In this document: one piece after another, positions 1 through 8,654 of the stretch
How positions within the stretch are numbered: position 1 is the first letter of the stretch
Layout of the letters: the number at the start of each line of letters is the position of its first letter
NCBI GenBank assembly: GCA_965217735.1
Contig: CBDCJE010000001.1
Span: forward strand, 149,313-213,312
DNA: 64,000 nucleotides
Source of the DNA: Chthoniobacterales bacterium
Lineage (GTDB): Bacteria; Verrucomicrobiota; Verrucomicrobiia; Chthoniobacterales; UBA10450
Direction: 5' to 3'
Position numbers and translations under genes: made by a program
The notes under the pieces: model-generated
The model's database searches: none
The model's input: only the letters and a program-made list of their open reading frames with translations
What the model was told of the DNA's origin: nothing

Positions 1-1093
1 GGTAGCCAAATTGGTCGAGGACCAGCTTGCCCACGACATCGAATTTTTTCTCCGCCGCGCCGATGGTGGCGGAACCGGAAGCCTCGATCTGGGGCGGAGC
101 GCGAAAAGAAAAATCCTGCAGGAGCGCGCCGAAACCGAAACTGCCTAACAATGGCCGGAGAGCGACGCTGCTCCGGGCCTGGAAGGTGGCCAGGCCGTCG
201 ACCCGGCTCCAGCTGGCGGTGCCGGCAAAGTGGCCGCCAGCGTCGCTCCATTCCAGCTGTGGAATCGCCAGGGCATGATCTTTCCATTCCGCCGCCAGAA
301 AGAAATCACGCGCCTCGTAATTCTCCCGCACGATGTGCTGGCCGCGCAGAGTCGCCTCGAGGTGAGCGTCCTCCAGTTGCGAGAGGTCGCCGGAAAATTT
401 TACCTGCAACTCCGGCGCCGGGCCGGGATAACGGAATCGCTGCAGCATGGTGACAAGGGTTTGCAGGAGACGCAGGCGGCGGGCCGCTTCCTCGGCTGAA
501 TCGGGCGACGGGCGGTAATCGGCACGCTTGATCAGCTGCCCGCTGGCGGAGATGCGGATGCCGCAGAAGATCCCTTCGGCCTGGCTGACCTCGATCCGTT
601 CCGGCGGGAAATAGACGTGGGCTCGGAAGCGTTGCAGCTCGGCATTCGAGACCTGGCCGGCGACCGGAGGGAGGGGAATGGTGAGGTCGCCGTTGCGGAT
701 GTCGAGGGCGTTAAGGAACGGCTGATGATGGAAGAGGGCGGCGTAATTGATATCGAGCGAGATCTCGCTCACCACCGCCAGGGTGCGCTCGCGGTTCTTG
801 TAATCGTAGATGCGCACATCGCGCGCGATCAGACCACGGAAGGGATCGAGAGTGAGGCGCCGGACCGAGACTTCAATGCCGCGCTTGCGCAGCTCTTCGA
901 CCACTTTATTGCGCCAGTTGCGGCTGAAGCCTTTCCTGGCCACATACCAGCCGCCGGCGATCAAGCCGACCAGGAAAAGGAGGATCACCAGCCGCACGGT
1001 GGTGCGGAGGAGACGGACCCGGGCCGGACGCCGGACGCGGCCGCGATGCAGCCGGCGGGGCGGTGGCGGTTGGGCAAGGGTGGACTCGGGCAT
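1..1093 (-). CDS. Membrane-anchored protein, first 364 codons only (AsmA/TamB-like large envelope protein suspected); continues beyond base 1
   Basis: Own minus-strand translation from ATG 1093-1091: MPESTLAQPPPPRRLHRGRVRRPARVRLLRTTVRLVILLFLVGLIAGGWYVARKG... One TM helix, then a soluble region, with no stop down to base 1 (hence absent from the ORF track). The + ORFs 617..1114 and 810..1130 are its shadows. Confidence 0.55.
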   Translation of the reverse strand, partial: MPESTLAQPPPPRRLHRGRVRRPARVRLLRTTVRLVILLFLVGLIAGGWYVARKGFSRNWRNKVVEELRKRGIEVSVRRLTLDPFRGLIARDVRIYDYKNRERTLAVVSEISLDINYAALFHHQPFLNALDIRNGDLTIPLPPVAGQVSNAELQRFRAHVYFPPERIEVSQAEGIFCGIRISASGQLIKRADYRPSPDSAEEAARRLRLLQTLVTMLQRFRYPGPAPELQVKFSGDLSQLEDAHLEATLRGQHIVRENYEARDFFLAAEWKDHALAIPQLEWSDAGGHFAGTASWSRVDGLATFQARSSVALRPLLGSFGFGALLQDFSFRAPPQIEASGSATIGAAEKKFDVVGKLVLDQFGY

Positions 1094-1170
1094 GGCAGTT
1101 TTAAAGATCGTTGAAGCGTTGAAGAGTTAAAGGGTTGCGGCGATAGACCGATGCAACTTGATCCGCCGCC

Positions 1171-1623
1171 GTGCCTGACATGACCATCGCCGACCTGCCC
1201 GCCATCAATGCCACCTTCAACGCCATCAGCACCGTTTTCATCTCGTTAGGCTGGTGGCTCATCCGGCGCGGGCATTGGCGCCCTCATGTCGCCTGCATGA
1301 TCACCGCTCTGGTTTCCTCGGCTTTTTTTCTCACCGGCTATCTCGTTTACCACTTTTACGCCGGGGAAAAATCGTCCGGTTACCATGGGCTGATCGCCTG
1401 GTTTTATTTCCCCCTGCTCATCTCCCACGTCCTGCTCGCTTTCACCACCCTGCCGCTCGTCATCATGACGCTGATCCCGGTTTTTCGTCGGCGCTGGGAT
1501 AAACACCGGCGGATCGCGCGCTGGACCATGCCGATCTGGCTTTATGTTTCGGTCACCGGGGTGCTGGTTTATTTGGTCCTTTACCAATGGTTCCCACCGG
1601 CCAGTCTTGCGCTCGGGCGCTAG
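1171..1623 (+). CDS. DUF420-family integral membrane protein
   Basis: ORF track, 150 aa. Several hydrophobic helices (INATFNAISTVFISLGWWLIRRG..., FYFPLLISHVLLAFTTLPLVIMTL...). GTG at 1171, first ATG at 1180. Confidence 0.7.
   Translation: MPDMTIADLPAINATFNAISTVFISLGWWLIRRGHWRPHVACMITALVSSAFFLTGYLVYHFYAGEKSSGYHGLIAWFYFPLLISHVLLAFTTLPLVIMTLIPVFRRRWDKHRRIARWTMPIWLYVSVTGVLVYLVLYQWFPPASLALGR
1243..1251 (+). repeat. TCGTTAGGC 9-mer, exact copy
   Basis: In the DUF420 gene, in frame as TCG TTA GGC = Ser-Leu-Gly. Confidence 0.95.
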
Positions 1624-1664
1624 TTGATGTTTCATCACTCACGCCCAAGCAGTGCGGGCATTTT

Positions 1665-2108
1665 ATGGTGACGATTGCGACCTACAACGAGCCGGCCAAG
1701 GCCAAACGATTAAAGGACAAATTCCAGGCGGCCGGCGTCAAAGCCGACCTGCACAACGAAGCCAACCTCCAGACCTACGCCTTCATGTCGAAGCCGCAGG
1801 CCAACGCCAAGGTGATGGTGGAGGAGCACGATTTCGAGCGCGCCCAGGCCCTGATGGTGGAATGGGAAGCAGCCGATCCCGACATCGGCGCGCTCCGTTG
1901 TCCGCAATGCAACTCGACCCGCATCGAATATCCGCAATTGACCCGCAAGTTTCTCATCCCGGGCCTGGCCGGAATCCTCCTCGCCCTCGGGGTTTTTCCA
2001 AAGGAATTCTACTGTCAGGATTGCCATTTTACCTGGGCAAACGAGCCGGAACGCCCGCGCTATCGTGTCTGGAACCGGCTTTTTTCCGGTCCGGAGCGCA
2101 AAGGTTGA
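1665..2108 (+). CDS. DUF2007-like small protein with C-terminal zinc-ribbon (CPQC...CQDC) and a membrane helix
   Basis: ORF 1587..2108 trimmed to ATG 1665 (MVTIATYNEPAKAKRLKDKF...). The upstream part overlaps the end of the DUF420 gene. Two CxxC pairs flank a hydrophobic stretch. Confidence 0.6.
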   Translation: MVTIATYNEPAKAKRLKDKFQAAGVKADLHNEANLQTYAFMSKPQANAKVMVEEHDFERAQALMVEWEAADPDIGALRCPQCNSTRIEYPQLTRKFLIPGLAGILLALGVFPKEFYCQDCHFTWANEPERPRYRVWNRLFSGPERKG

Positions 2109-2181
2109 GGCGAGGCGGTTTGCAGCCGTGGCCCCTCGGATTCGTTAGTCCGGCGGCTTCCAGGCGCAGCTCGATCGGGCG

Positions 2182-3021
2182 ATGAAATGGATTTTTGCTT
2201 TTCTGCTCGCGGCCGTCATCTTCGGCGCCGCGGCGCTGTTTAGTTACAAGATCTTTATCCGGCCCGAGCTGGTCATGCGGGCGGAACGTTTCTCTTCCGC
2301 CACCCCCATGCCGACGCCGGATATCGGGCTGCCGGAATTCAAGGCCGCGGAAAAGCTTAAAACCGAAGGCAAATTGCTCGAAGCCCGCTCCGCCCTGACC
2401 GCCTTCATCCAGAAATATCCCAGCGGCCTCCACGTCGGCGAAGCCCAGGATCTGCTCGGCGACGTTAACATTCGCATCCTCCTCTCTGATTATCCGGCCC
2501 CGGAAAAAGAGGAATACACCGTGCGCAGCGGCGACGTCCTGGCCCGCATCGCCGGCAGGTTCAAGACGACGCCGGAGCTGATCATGCGGACTAACAACCT
2601 GAGCCGCACCATGCTCCGGATCGGCCAGAAACTGCTCATCTCGCATCCCGATTTCTCCGTCCTCGTCCAGAGCAACGCCAAGCTTCTCTACCTCCTCGAT
2701 GGCGAGCATTTTTTTAAGCGCTACCACCTGCTGGAAGAGAAACTACCCGGCAAGCCGCCGCCGAAACTGACCACCCGCGTGGCCGAGATCATGGCCTGGA
2801 AAAATGGCAAACGGATCGGCATCGGCAGCCCCGATTTTCTCAACAGCACCCGCTGGATCCGGCTCGCTACTCCGGGCTACGTCATTTATTCTGAGCCCGA
2901 CGACTCACACCAGATCCTCGACATTCCACCGCCCGATCACGGCCTCGGCATGTCGGCCACGGATGTGGAAGAGTTGAGCAGCCTTGTAAACACGAGAACG
3001 GCTGTCACCATAACCCACTAG
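2182..3021 (+). CDS. LysM peptidoglycan-binding domain protein with N-terminal membrane anchor
   Basis: 279 aa. N-terminal helix WIFAFLLAAVIFGAAALF. LysM signature YTVRSGDVLARIAGRFKTTPELIMRTNNLSRTMLRIGQKLLI. Confidence 0.75.
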   Translation: MKWIFAFLLAAVIFGAAALFSYKIFIRPELVMRAERFSSATPMPTPDIGLPEFKAAEKLKTEGKLLEARSALTAFIQKYPSGLHVGEAQDLLGDVNIRILLSDYPAPEKEEYTVRSGDVLARIAGRFKTTPELIMRTNNLSRTMLRIGQKLLISHPDFSVLVQSNAKLLYLLDGEHFFKRYHLLEEKLPGKPPPKLTTRVAEIMAWKNGKRIGIGSPDFLNSTRWIRLATPGYVIYSEPDDSHQILDIPPPDHGLGMSATDVEELSSLVNTRTAVTITH

Positions 3022-3026
3022 CGACC

Positions 3027-4004
3027 ATGGATTCGCAACCGCTCGATTTCGAAAAGCCCATCCTGGAACTGCAACGCCGGTTACAGGAGCTCAAGTCCCA
3101 CTCCGATAAGCACGAGATCGATTTCGATTCCGAGGTCGAGTCGATGGAAATCAAGATCCGCGAAACCCGGCGACAGATTTACGACAACCTGACCGCCTGG
3201 CAGCGGGTGCAGATCGCCCGCCATGTGCAGCGGCCGTTCTCGCTTGATTACATCGCCCGCTGTTTCACCGAATGGGTCGAGCTGCACGGCGACCGCGTCT
3301 TTGGCGACGACAGAGCGATGCCTTGCGGCCTGGCCAAAATCGGCAACCAGCGCTGCGTCGTCATCTCGCAACAGAAAGGCCGCGACACCAAGGAAAACGT
3401 GAAGCGCAATTTCGGCTGCGCTTACCCGGAAGGTTACCGCAAGGCGATGCGGGTCATGCGGCTGGGCGAAAAATTCGGCCTGCCCGTCATCGCGCTGATC
3501 GATACCCCGGGCGCTTTTCCCGGGGTCGGCTCGGAGGAACGCCACATCGCCGAAGCCATCGCGGTCAACCTGCGCGAAATGATGACTCTGCGGGTGCCGA
3601 TCATCGCCTGCGTCATCGGCGAAGGCGGCTCGGGCGGCGCGCTCGGGATCGGGGTGGCCGATCGGGTGCTCATTCTGGAAAACGCCTATTACTCCGTCAT
3701 CAGCCCGGAGGCCTGCTCGGCCATTTTGTGGAAGGATCGGAAACACGCGCCGGAAGCCGCCGAAGCGCTCAAGCTCACCGCGGAGGATCTGAAACGGCTC
3801 GGGGTGATCGACGAAATCGTGACTGAGCCGGAGGGCGGCGCGCACCGGGATCATGACCTGGTGGCGGCGAATCTCTGCGCCGCTCTGCGCCGCAACCTGA
3901 AGCGCGCGCTCGACCTGCCGATCGACGACCTGCTGAAGGAGCGCTACAAGAAATTTCGCAAGCTGGGCAACTTTGCCGAACCCCGGGTGCGCAACGGCGC
4001 CTAA
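3027..4004 (+). CDS. accA: Acetyl-CoA carboxylase carboxyltransferase subunit alpha
   Basis: 325 aa. Typical AccA blocks: LDFEKPILEL, WQRVQIARHVQRP, IDTPGAFPGVGSEERHIAEAIA, GEGGSGGALGIGVADRVLILENAYYSVISPE. Confidence 0.95.
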   Translation: MDSQPLDFEKPILELQRRLQELKSHSDKHEIDFDSEVESMEIKIRETRRQIYDNLTAWQRVQIARHVQRPFSLDYIARCFTEWVELHGDRVFGDDRAMPCGLAKIGNQRCVVISQQKGRDTKENVKRNFGCAYPEGYRKAMRVMRLGEKFGLPVIALIDTPGAFPGVGSEERHIAEAIAVNLREMMTLRVPIIACVIGEGGSGGALGIGVADRVLILENAYYSVISPEACSAILWKDRKHAPEAAEALKLTAEDLKRLGVIDEIVTEPEGGAHRDHDLVAANLCAALRRNLKRALDLPIDDLLKERYKKFRKLGNFAEPRVRNGA

Positions 4005-4007
4005 CGA
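3999..4007 (-). repeat. TCGTTAGGC 9-mer, exact copy (GCCTAACGA on +)
   Basis: Contains the accA TAA stop (4002-4004) and, on the other strand, the esterase TAG stop (4003-4001). Confidence 0.95.
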
Positions 4008-4861
4008 ATCGAGAAAGTTCCGGCGCTCGAGCCCGGGAACTGGCTCCGCGTCCCGGGCAGGCGCGGCGGATAGAGGAAGCGCAGAACCGCGTCGAAGCGC
4101 GCCGCCCACGCGCCTTCGCTGTGGCTGCCTCCTTCCACTTCGGTGTATTGCAGGTCGTCGTCCAAACGCCAGCCGCTCTCGACCAGGCTTTCGCGCAGGA
4201 GCCTTGCTCGTTCCCAACCCGGCTCCGCCGTGCCGGTATCGAGCCAGATCTGGAGCGGCAGCTTCTCCGGCAGCTCCCCCACCATCCGGCAGATGACGCA
4301 TTCATCCCACCAAATCGAGGGCGAGAGCACGGCCAGCCGGGTGAAGACCTGCGGATACCAGAGCCCGAGGGCGAGCGTAGCCAACCCGCCGAGCGACGCC
4401 CCGCCCAGCCCGGTCGCTTCCGCCTCCGGCCGCGTCCGGTAGGTGCGATCGACGAATGGCTTTAGCTCCTCGATCAAAAAACGCGCATACCTCCGCAACC
4501 CGCCGCGGCTGCGCTTTTTGCGTTTCGCCGTCGTATCGATCACCCCGCGGGTCGGCGCGTATTCGTGAATCCGGTTCTCGCCCGTATTGGCCACGGCCAC
4601 GATGATGAGCGGCTCGATCCATTTTTTCTCGATCAGGCGCTGGGCCGATTCATCCACGCCCCATTCCACTCCGGCATAGGAAGTGGCGGCGTCGAAGACG
4701 TTTTGCCCGTCGTGCAGGTAGAGCACCGGGTAACGCCGCCTGGTCGCGCGGCGATATCCCGGCGGCAGGTAGACCAGCACGTCGCGTTCGTTGCGCAAAA
4801 GGCGGGACTTGAACTGCGGATGCTGCTGGATGTTTCCGGTCAGCGTGTGCTTGTCGTCCAT
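4001..4861 (-). CDS. Esterase-family alpha/beta hydrolase (putative esterase / esterase D type)
   Basis: 286 aa. YPVLYLHDGQNVFD, and GLGGASLGGLATL as the serine nucleophile elbow. Its stop overlaps the accA stop by 4 nt (convergent). Confidence 0.8.
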   Translation of the reverse strand: MDDKHTLTGNIQQHPQFKSRLLRNERDVLVYLPPGYRRATRRRYPVLYLHDGQNVFDAATSYAGVEWGVDESAQRLIEKKWIEPLIIVAVANTGENRIHEYAPTRGVIDTTAKRKKRSRGGLRRYARFLIEELKPFVDRTYRTRPEAEATGLGGASLGGLATLALGLWYPQVFTRLAVLSPSIWWDECVICRMVGELPEKLPLQIWLDTGTAEPGWERARLLRESLVESGWRLDDDLQYTEVEGGSHSEGAWAARFDAVLRFLYPPRLPGTRSQFPGSSAGTFSIR

Positions 4862-4988
4862 CGAAGGCCGATGTTATCGGCGAGGAGAATCGCCTTGGCA
4901 AACGGCGCCAGTGGGAATGATTAGTGAGCCGCCGACGCGGGCGACGGGGTTCGGCCCGGGTTCGCATTCCTTCGTCCTTTTCCGTCTC

Positions 4989-6005
4989 CTAGGTCAGCAC
5001 ATAGCGGCCGGTCTTCTTCGTCCCCACCCGCCGCACCAGGCCGGCCTTGATCAGCGGCCGGAGCAGATCGAGCGCGCCCTGCTTGGAAATGCCGATCCCG
5101 TCCCAGATCTCACGCGGCGTCAGCGCCTTCTCTTCGCGCAGCAAATGCAGCAGCTGCTCCTGCTTCGGGCGCAGGACGAGCTTCTCTTTCCCGGCCCGGG
5201 CGGTCAGTTTTTGCACCCGGCTCCAGACCCGCTCCAGGGTCGCGCGCAACGCTTCCGCATTGTATTCCAGCCAACTGGTCAGGTCGCCTTTTTCTCGCTC
5301 CACCCGGGCCAGCGCTTCGTAATAACGGGGCCGGTCTTCCCAATAAAATTCGTCGATCGAGAAAAGGTGATGGCCATCGAAGCCGCGCCGATACAGTTCC
5401 CAGAGGCTGAGCATGCGCCCGGTGCGTCCATTGCCATCGGCAAAGGGATGAATGGTTTCGAATTGATGATGGACAATGGCCGAGCTGAGCACGGGCGAAA
5501 GCCGCACCGCCTCCTTGTTCCACCAGCCGAGGAGGGCGGTCATCATCGGCTGCACCCGCTCCGGCGGCGGCGGCACGTAACCACCCACCCGCACCCGGAT
5601 GGTCCGGTATTTCCCGGCTTCGCCCTGGTCCATCACCTCGCCCGCCATGATGCGGTGGAGCTTGAAGACCTCGCGGTGCGCGACCGAGCGCAGCTGGGCG
5701 TTCTTCTCCACAAAGCGCAGGCCGGCAAAATAATTCGCCACCTCCCGCCGGGCGCGTTGCGCGGTGGCCGGAATCTCGCGCCCTTCTTCGATCGCCCGGA
5801 CCTGCTCGAGGGTGAGCGGGTTGCCTTCGATCGCGGTCGAGGAATGGGCATTGCGAATGCGCGTATCCTTCTGCAAAGCCGGGATCCACGGTACCTGCAC
5901 CGCGGCCGCCAGGATGCGCTCGCGCAACGCCGCCACCTGCTCCACTTCCGTCAGCAGCGCCGGGGAGATGATGTAGGGCGGGACGAAGTTCACGGAGTAA
6001 GTCAA
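4989..6005 (-). CDS. Fic/DOC family protein (class II, intramolecular inhibitory motif) with C-terminal winged-helix
   Basis: 338 aa. Fic active-site motif HPFADGNGRTGR. N-terminal STAIEGN matches the (S/T)xxxE(G/N) inhibitory helix. TTG start at 6005 is uncertain. Confidence 0.88.
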   Translation of the reverse strand: MTYSVNFVPPYIISPALLTEVEQVAALRERILAAAVQVPWIPALQKDTRIRNAHSSTAIEGNPLTLEQVRAIEEGREIPATAQRARREVANYFAGLRFVEKNAQLRSVAHREVFKLHRIMAGEVMDQGEAGKYRTIRVRVGGYVPPPPERVQPMMTALLGWWNKEAVRLSPVLSSAIVHHQFETIHPFADGNGRTGRMLSLWELYRRGFDGHHLFSIDEFYWEDRPRYYEALARVEREKGDLTSWLEYNAEALRATLERVWSRVQKLTARAGKEKLVLRPKQEQLLHLLREEKALTPREIWDGIGISKQGALDLLRPLIKAGLVRRVGTKKTGRYVLT

Positions 6006-6165
6006 GCGTAAGTCCAGTTATTAGTCAAGCGGATCCGCCCTCATCGGTCAAGCCTGAGTCCAGTCATCGCTCTCTCGCTTCCGGTCTCAAATTGTCTCGC
6101 GATTGCAGCTCTTGATTGCCACTTGCAAGCGCCGATGTCACACTGTCGCGCTTCTCTCTCATCTT

Positions 6166-7128
6166 ATGAAAAAAATCGGGATTCTTTACGGCCAGGAACA
6201 CAGCTTTCCACCTGCCTTCGTCGAACGCGTCAACGCCAAAACCGGCGGCCACGAGATCATGGCCGAGCCGGTCCGGATCGACAAAGTGATCCAGGGCGAA
6301 GCCGTCGGCTACGATGTCGTCATCGACCGCATTTCGCAGGATGTTCCTTTCTATCGCGCCTGGCTCAAGAACGAAGCCAGCACCGGCTGCGCCGTGGTCA
6401 ACAACCCGTTTTGGTGGAGCGCGGATGAGAAGTTTTTCAACAACGCCCTCGCGACCAAGATCGGCGTGGCCGTGCCAAAAACCGTCCTGCTTCCTTCGCA
6501 CTCGCTTCCGCCCGACACCAGCGACGGCTCTTTCCGTAATCTGGCTTATCCGCTGGATTGGAACGCCATCTTCGCCTACGTCGGCTGGCCGGCTTACTTC
6601 AAACCGTTCGCCGGCGGCGGCTGGAAAAACGTCTACAAGCTCAACAACCCCGACGAATTTTTCCGCGCCTACAGCGAGACCGGTCAGCTCGTCATGATGC
6701 TGCAGGAGGAAGTGCAATTTCAAATGTATTTCCGCTGCTACTCGGTCGATCAGCGCCACGTCCGGGTGATGAATTACGAGCCGCGGCACCCTTACCATCT
6801 CCGTTACCAGACCGACTGGCAGGCTCCGCGCGAGATCCTGGAAAAGGTCGAGCAGGGCGTGCTCGCCTTGAACCAATACCTCGGCTACGACCTGAACACG
6901 GTTGAGTTCGCCATCCGCGACGGCGTCCCGCTGGCGATCGACTTCTGCAATCCGGCGCCCGACGCCGAGATCGCCTCAGTCGGTCAGGCCAACTTTGACT
7001 GGGTGGTGGAAGCCGTCTCGGAAATGGCCATCCGCAAAGCGCGCGAACACGTCCCCGGCCGCGACAACCTGACCTGGGGCAAATTCCTCCAGGCCGCGGT
7101 CAATCAAAAATCGTTAGGCGAGGTCTAA
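6166..7128 (+). CDS. ATP-grasp domain protein (RimK/glutathione-synthetase-like)
   Basis: ORF 6103..7128 trimmed to ATG 6166 (MKKIGILYGQEHSFPPAFVERV...). ATP-grasp-like core: PKTVLLP, YFKPFAGGGWKNVYKL, EFAIRDGVPLAIDFCNP. Confidence 0.7.
   Translation: MKKIGILYGQEHSFPPAFVERVNAKTGGHEIMAEPVRIDKVIQGEAVGYDVVIDRISQDVPFYRAWLKNEASTGCAVVNNPFWWSADEKFFNNALATKIGVAVPKTVLLPSHSLPPDTSDGSFRNLAYPLDWNAIFAYVGWPAYFKPFAGGGWKNVYKLNNPDEFFRAYSETGQLVMMLQEEVQFQMYFRCYSVDQRHVRVMNYEPRHPYHLRYQTDWQAPREILEKVEQGVLALNQYLGYDLNTVEFAIRDGVPLAIDFCNPAPDAEIASVGQANFDWVVEAVSEMAIRKAREHVPGRDNLTWGKFLQAAVNQKSLGEV
7112..7120 (+). repeat. TCGTTAGGC 9-mer, exact copy
   Basis: ATP-grasp gene, Ser-Leu-Gly, five codons before the stop. Confidence 0.95.
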
Positions 7129-7211
7129 ATCTCCTTCCCTTGGCCGCAGCGGTCCTGTCCGCGCAAAACTTTTCGACCTCGTTGCGCTTCTCGGCTTAAC
7201 TTGCCCGACGC

Positions 7212-8462
7212 ATGAGCATCGAAGTCAAAATCCCGCCCGTCGGCGAATCCATCTCCAGCGGCGTCGTTTCCGTCTGGCACAAGAAATCGGGCGAATACGT
7301 CGAGGCGGGAGAAGTCCTGCTCACCCTCGAGACCGATAAAGTGTCGACCGAGATCACGGCCGAAAAAGCCGGCCTGCTCGAGACCAAAGTCGAGGAAGGC
7401 CAGGAAGTGAAGATCGGCGAAGTCGTGGCCTTGATCGATGACTCCGCCAGCGCGCCCGCGCAAGAGGAAAAAGCGGCCGCGCCCAAACCATCCGCCCCGC
7501 CCGCCGGCGAGGCCAAACCTGCCGGTAAACGTTCCGCCAACGCCGAGGTTCTTTCCCCGGCGGTCAAGCGCCTGACGACGGAAGAAAAAGTCGATCCGGC
7601 TAAAATCAGCGGCACCGGCAAAGGCGGCCGCGTGACCAAGGGCGACGTCATCTCACACCTGAAAACGGAGCCGGCGGCGGAGACGCCCCCGACCGACGAC
7701 CAGGAGAAACCGCGCAAAAGTAAAAAGACGGCCAGCTCGGCGCCGGTCGACGACGATGGCGACGCCCGTTTTACCCGCAAGAAGATGTCGCCGCTCCGGC
7801 GCAAGATCGCGGCCCAGCTCGTTATGGCGCAGCAGACCGCGGCCATTCTCACTACTTTTAATGAGTGCGACATGTCCGAGGTGATGGCTTTTCGCAAAAA
7901 GGCGCAGGAGAAATTCCAGGCCGATCACGGGATCAAACTCGGCTTCATGTCCTTCTTCATCAAAGCGACGGTCGAGGCGCTCAAGGCCGTGCCTTCGATC
8001 AACAGCCGCATCGAAGGCGACGATTTCATCCTCAACCATTTCTACGACATCGGAGTCGCGGTCGGGACCGAGCGCGGCCTGGTCGTGCCGGTGGTGCGCG
8101 CTGCCGATCAAAAGAGTTTTGCCGATCTGGAACGCGACATCGCCGATTACGCAGCCCGGGCGCGTGACGGGAAAATCAAGATCGAAGATCTGCAGGGTGG
8201 GAGCTTCACCATTTCCAACGGGGGCGTTTACGGCTCGCTCATGGGAACCCCGATCTTGAATCCGCCGCAGAGCGGAATTCTCGGCATGCACACCATCCAG
8301 CAGCGCCCGGTCGCGCTGAATGGCGAAGTGGTGGTGAGGCCGATGATGTATCTCGCGCTCAGCTACGATCACCGTGCGGTCGATGGCAAAGAGGCGGTCA
8401 CTTTCCTGATCAAGGTGAAGGAAGCGATCGAAAATCCGACCGGCCTGTTGCTCGATCTCTAG
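7212..8462 (+). CDS. sucB: Dihydrolipoyllysine-residue succinyltransferase (E2 of 2-oxoglutarate dehydrogenase)
   Basis: 416 aa. Lipoyl domain ([10 protein letters not shown]), Ala/Pro linker, E3-binding domain (SPAVKRL...[13 protein letters not shown]), catalytic domain ending [17 protein letters not shown]. Confidence 0.93.
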   Translation: MSIEVKIPPVGESISSGVVSVWHKKSGEYVEAGEVLLTLETDKVSTEITAEKAGLLETKVEEGQEVKIGEVVALIDDSASAPAQEEKAAAPKPSAPPAGEAKPAGKRSANAEVLSPAVKRLTTEEKVDPAKISGTGKGGRVTKGDVISHLKTEPAAETPPTDDQEKPRKSKKTASSAPVDDDGDARFTRKKMSPLRRKIAAQLVMAQQTAAILTTFNECDMSEVMAFRKKAQEKFQADHGIKLGFMSFFIKATVEALKAVPSINSRIEGDDFILNHFYDIGVAVGTERGLVVPVVRAADQKSFADLERDIADYAARARDGKIKIEDLQGGSFTISNGGVYGSLMGTPILNPPQSGILGMHTIQQRPVALNGEVVVRPMMYLALSYDHRAVDGKEAVTFLIKVKEAIENPTGLLLDL

Positions 8463-8466
8463 GCGC

Positions 8467-8475
8467 TCGTTAGGC
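8467..8475 (+). repeat. TCGTTAGGC 9-mer, exact copy
   Basis: Intergenic, 5 nt after the sucB stop. Confidence 0.95.
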
Positions 8476-8493
8476 GCATTTTGCTTTGCTCTG

Positions 8494-8602
8494 TCAGCCT
8501 GAGCTGGCGAAGCGAAGGATCCCCTAGCCAGGGCCTGGCGCCTGAAAACGTTGGAACGACGTTTGTGAGGTCCCTCTCCGTCCTTCGGCGGATCGGGATG
8601 AC
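8494..8602. repeat. Intergenic inverted pair of GTCAKCC...GGAYC-type repeat units (REP/MITE-like)
   Basis: Forward unit GTCAGCCTGAGCTGGCGAAGCGAAGGATCCCC at 8494-8525. Reverse unit at 8567-8602 (rc GTCATCCCGATCCGCCGAAGGACGGAGAGGGACCTC). Same family as 60014-60127. Confidence 0.5.
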
Positions 8603-8654
8603 AAGAAGGATCGGCGCGGGTAAATAGAGTTCCCCGCAACTAACTTCATCTTCC

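Noticed and set aside
3081-4301. Very long ORFs antisense to or overlapping recognised genes. Examples: 3081..4301 (-), 8646..10046 (-), 12716..14533 (-), 14734..16431 (+), 20397..22256 (+), 28529..29785 (-), 51359..52495 (+), 52236..53531 (+), 55325..57568 (+), 60761..61972 (-).
   Set aside because: These are typical high-GC shadow ORFs. They are Arg/Gly/Pro/Ala-rich with no recognisable motifs. Each lies opposite a gene with strong family signatures and proper GC3 bias.
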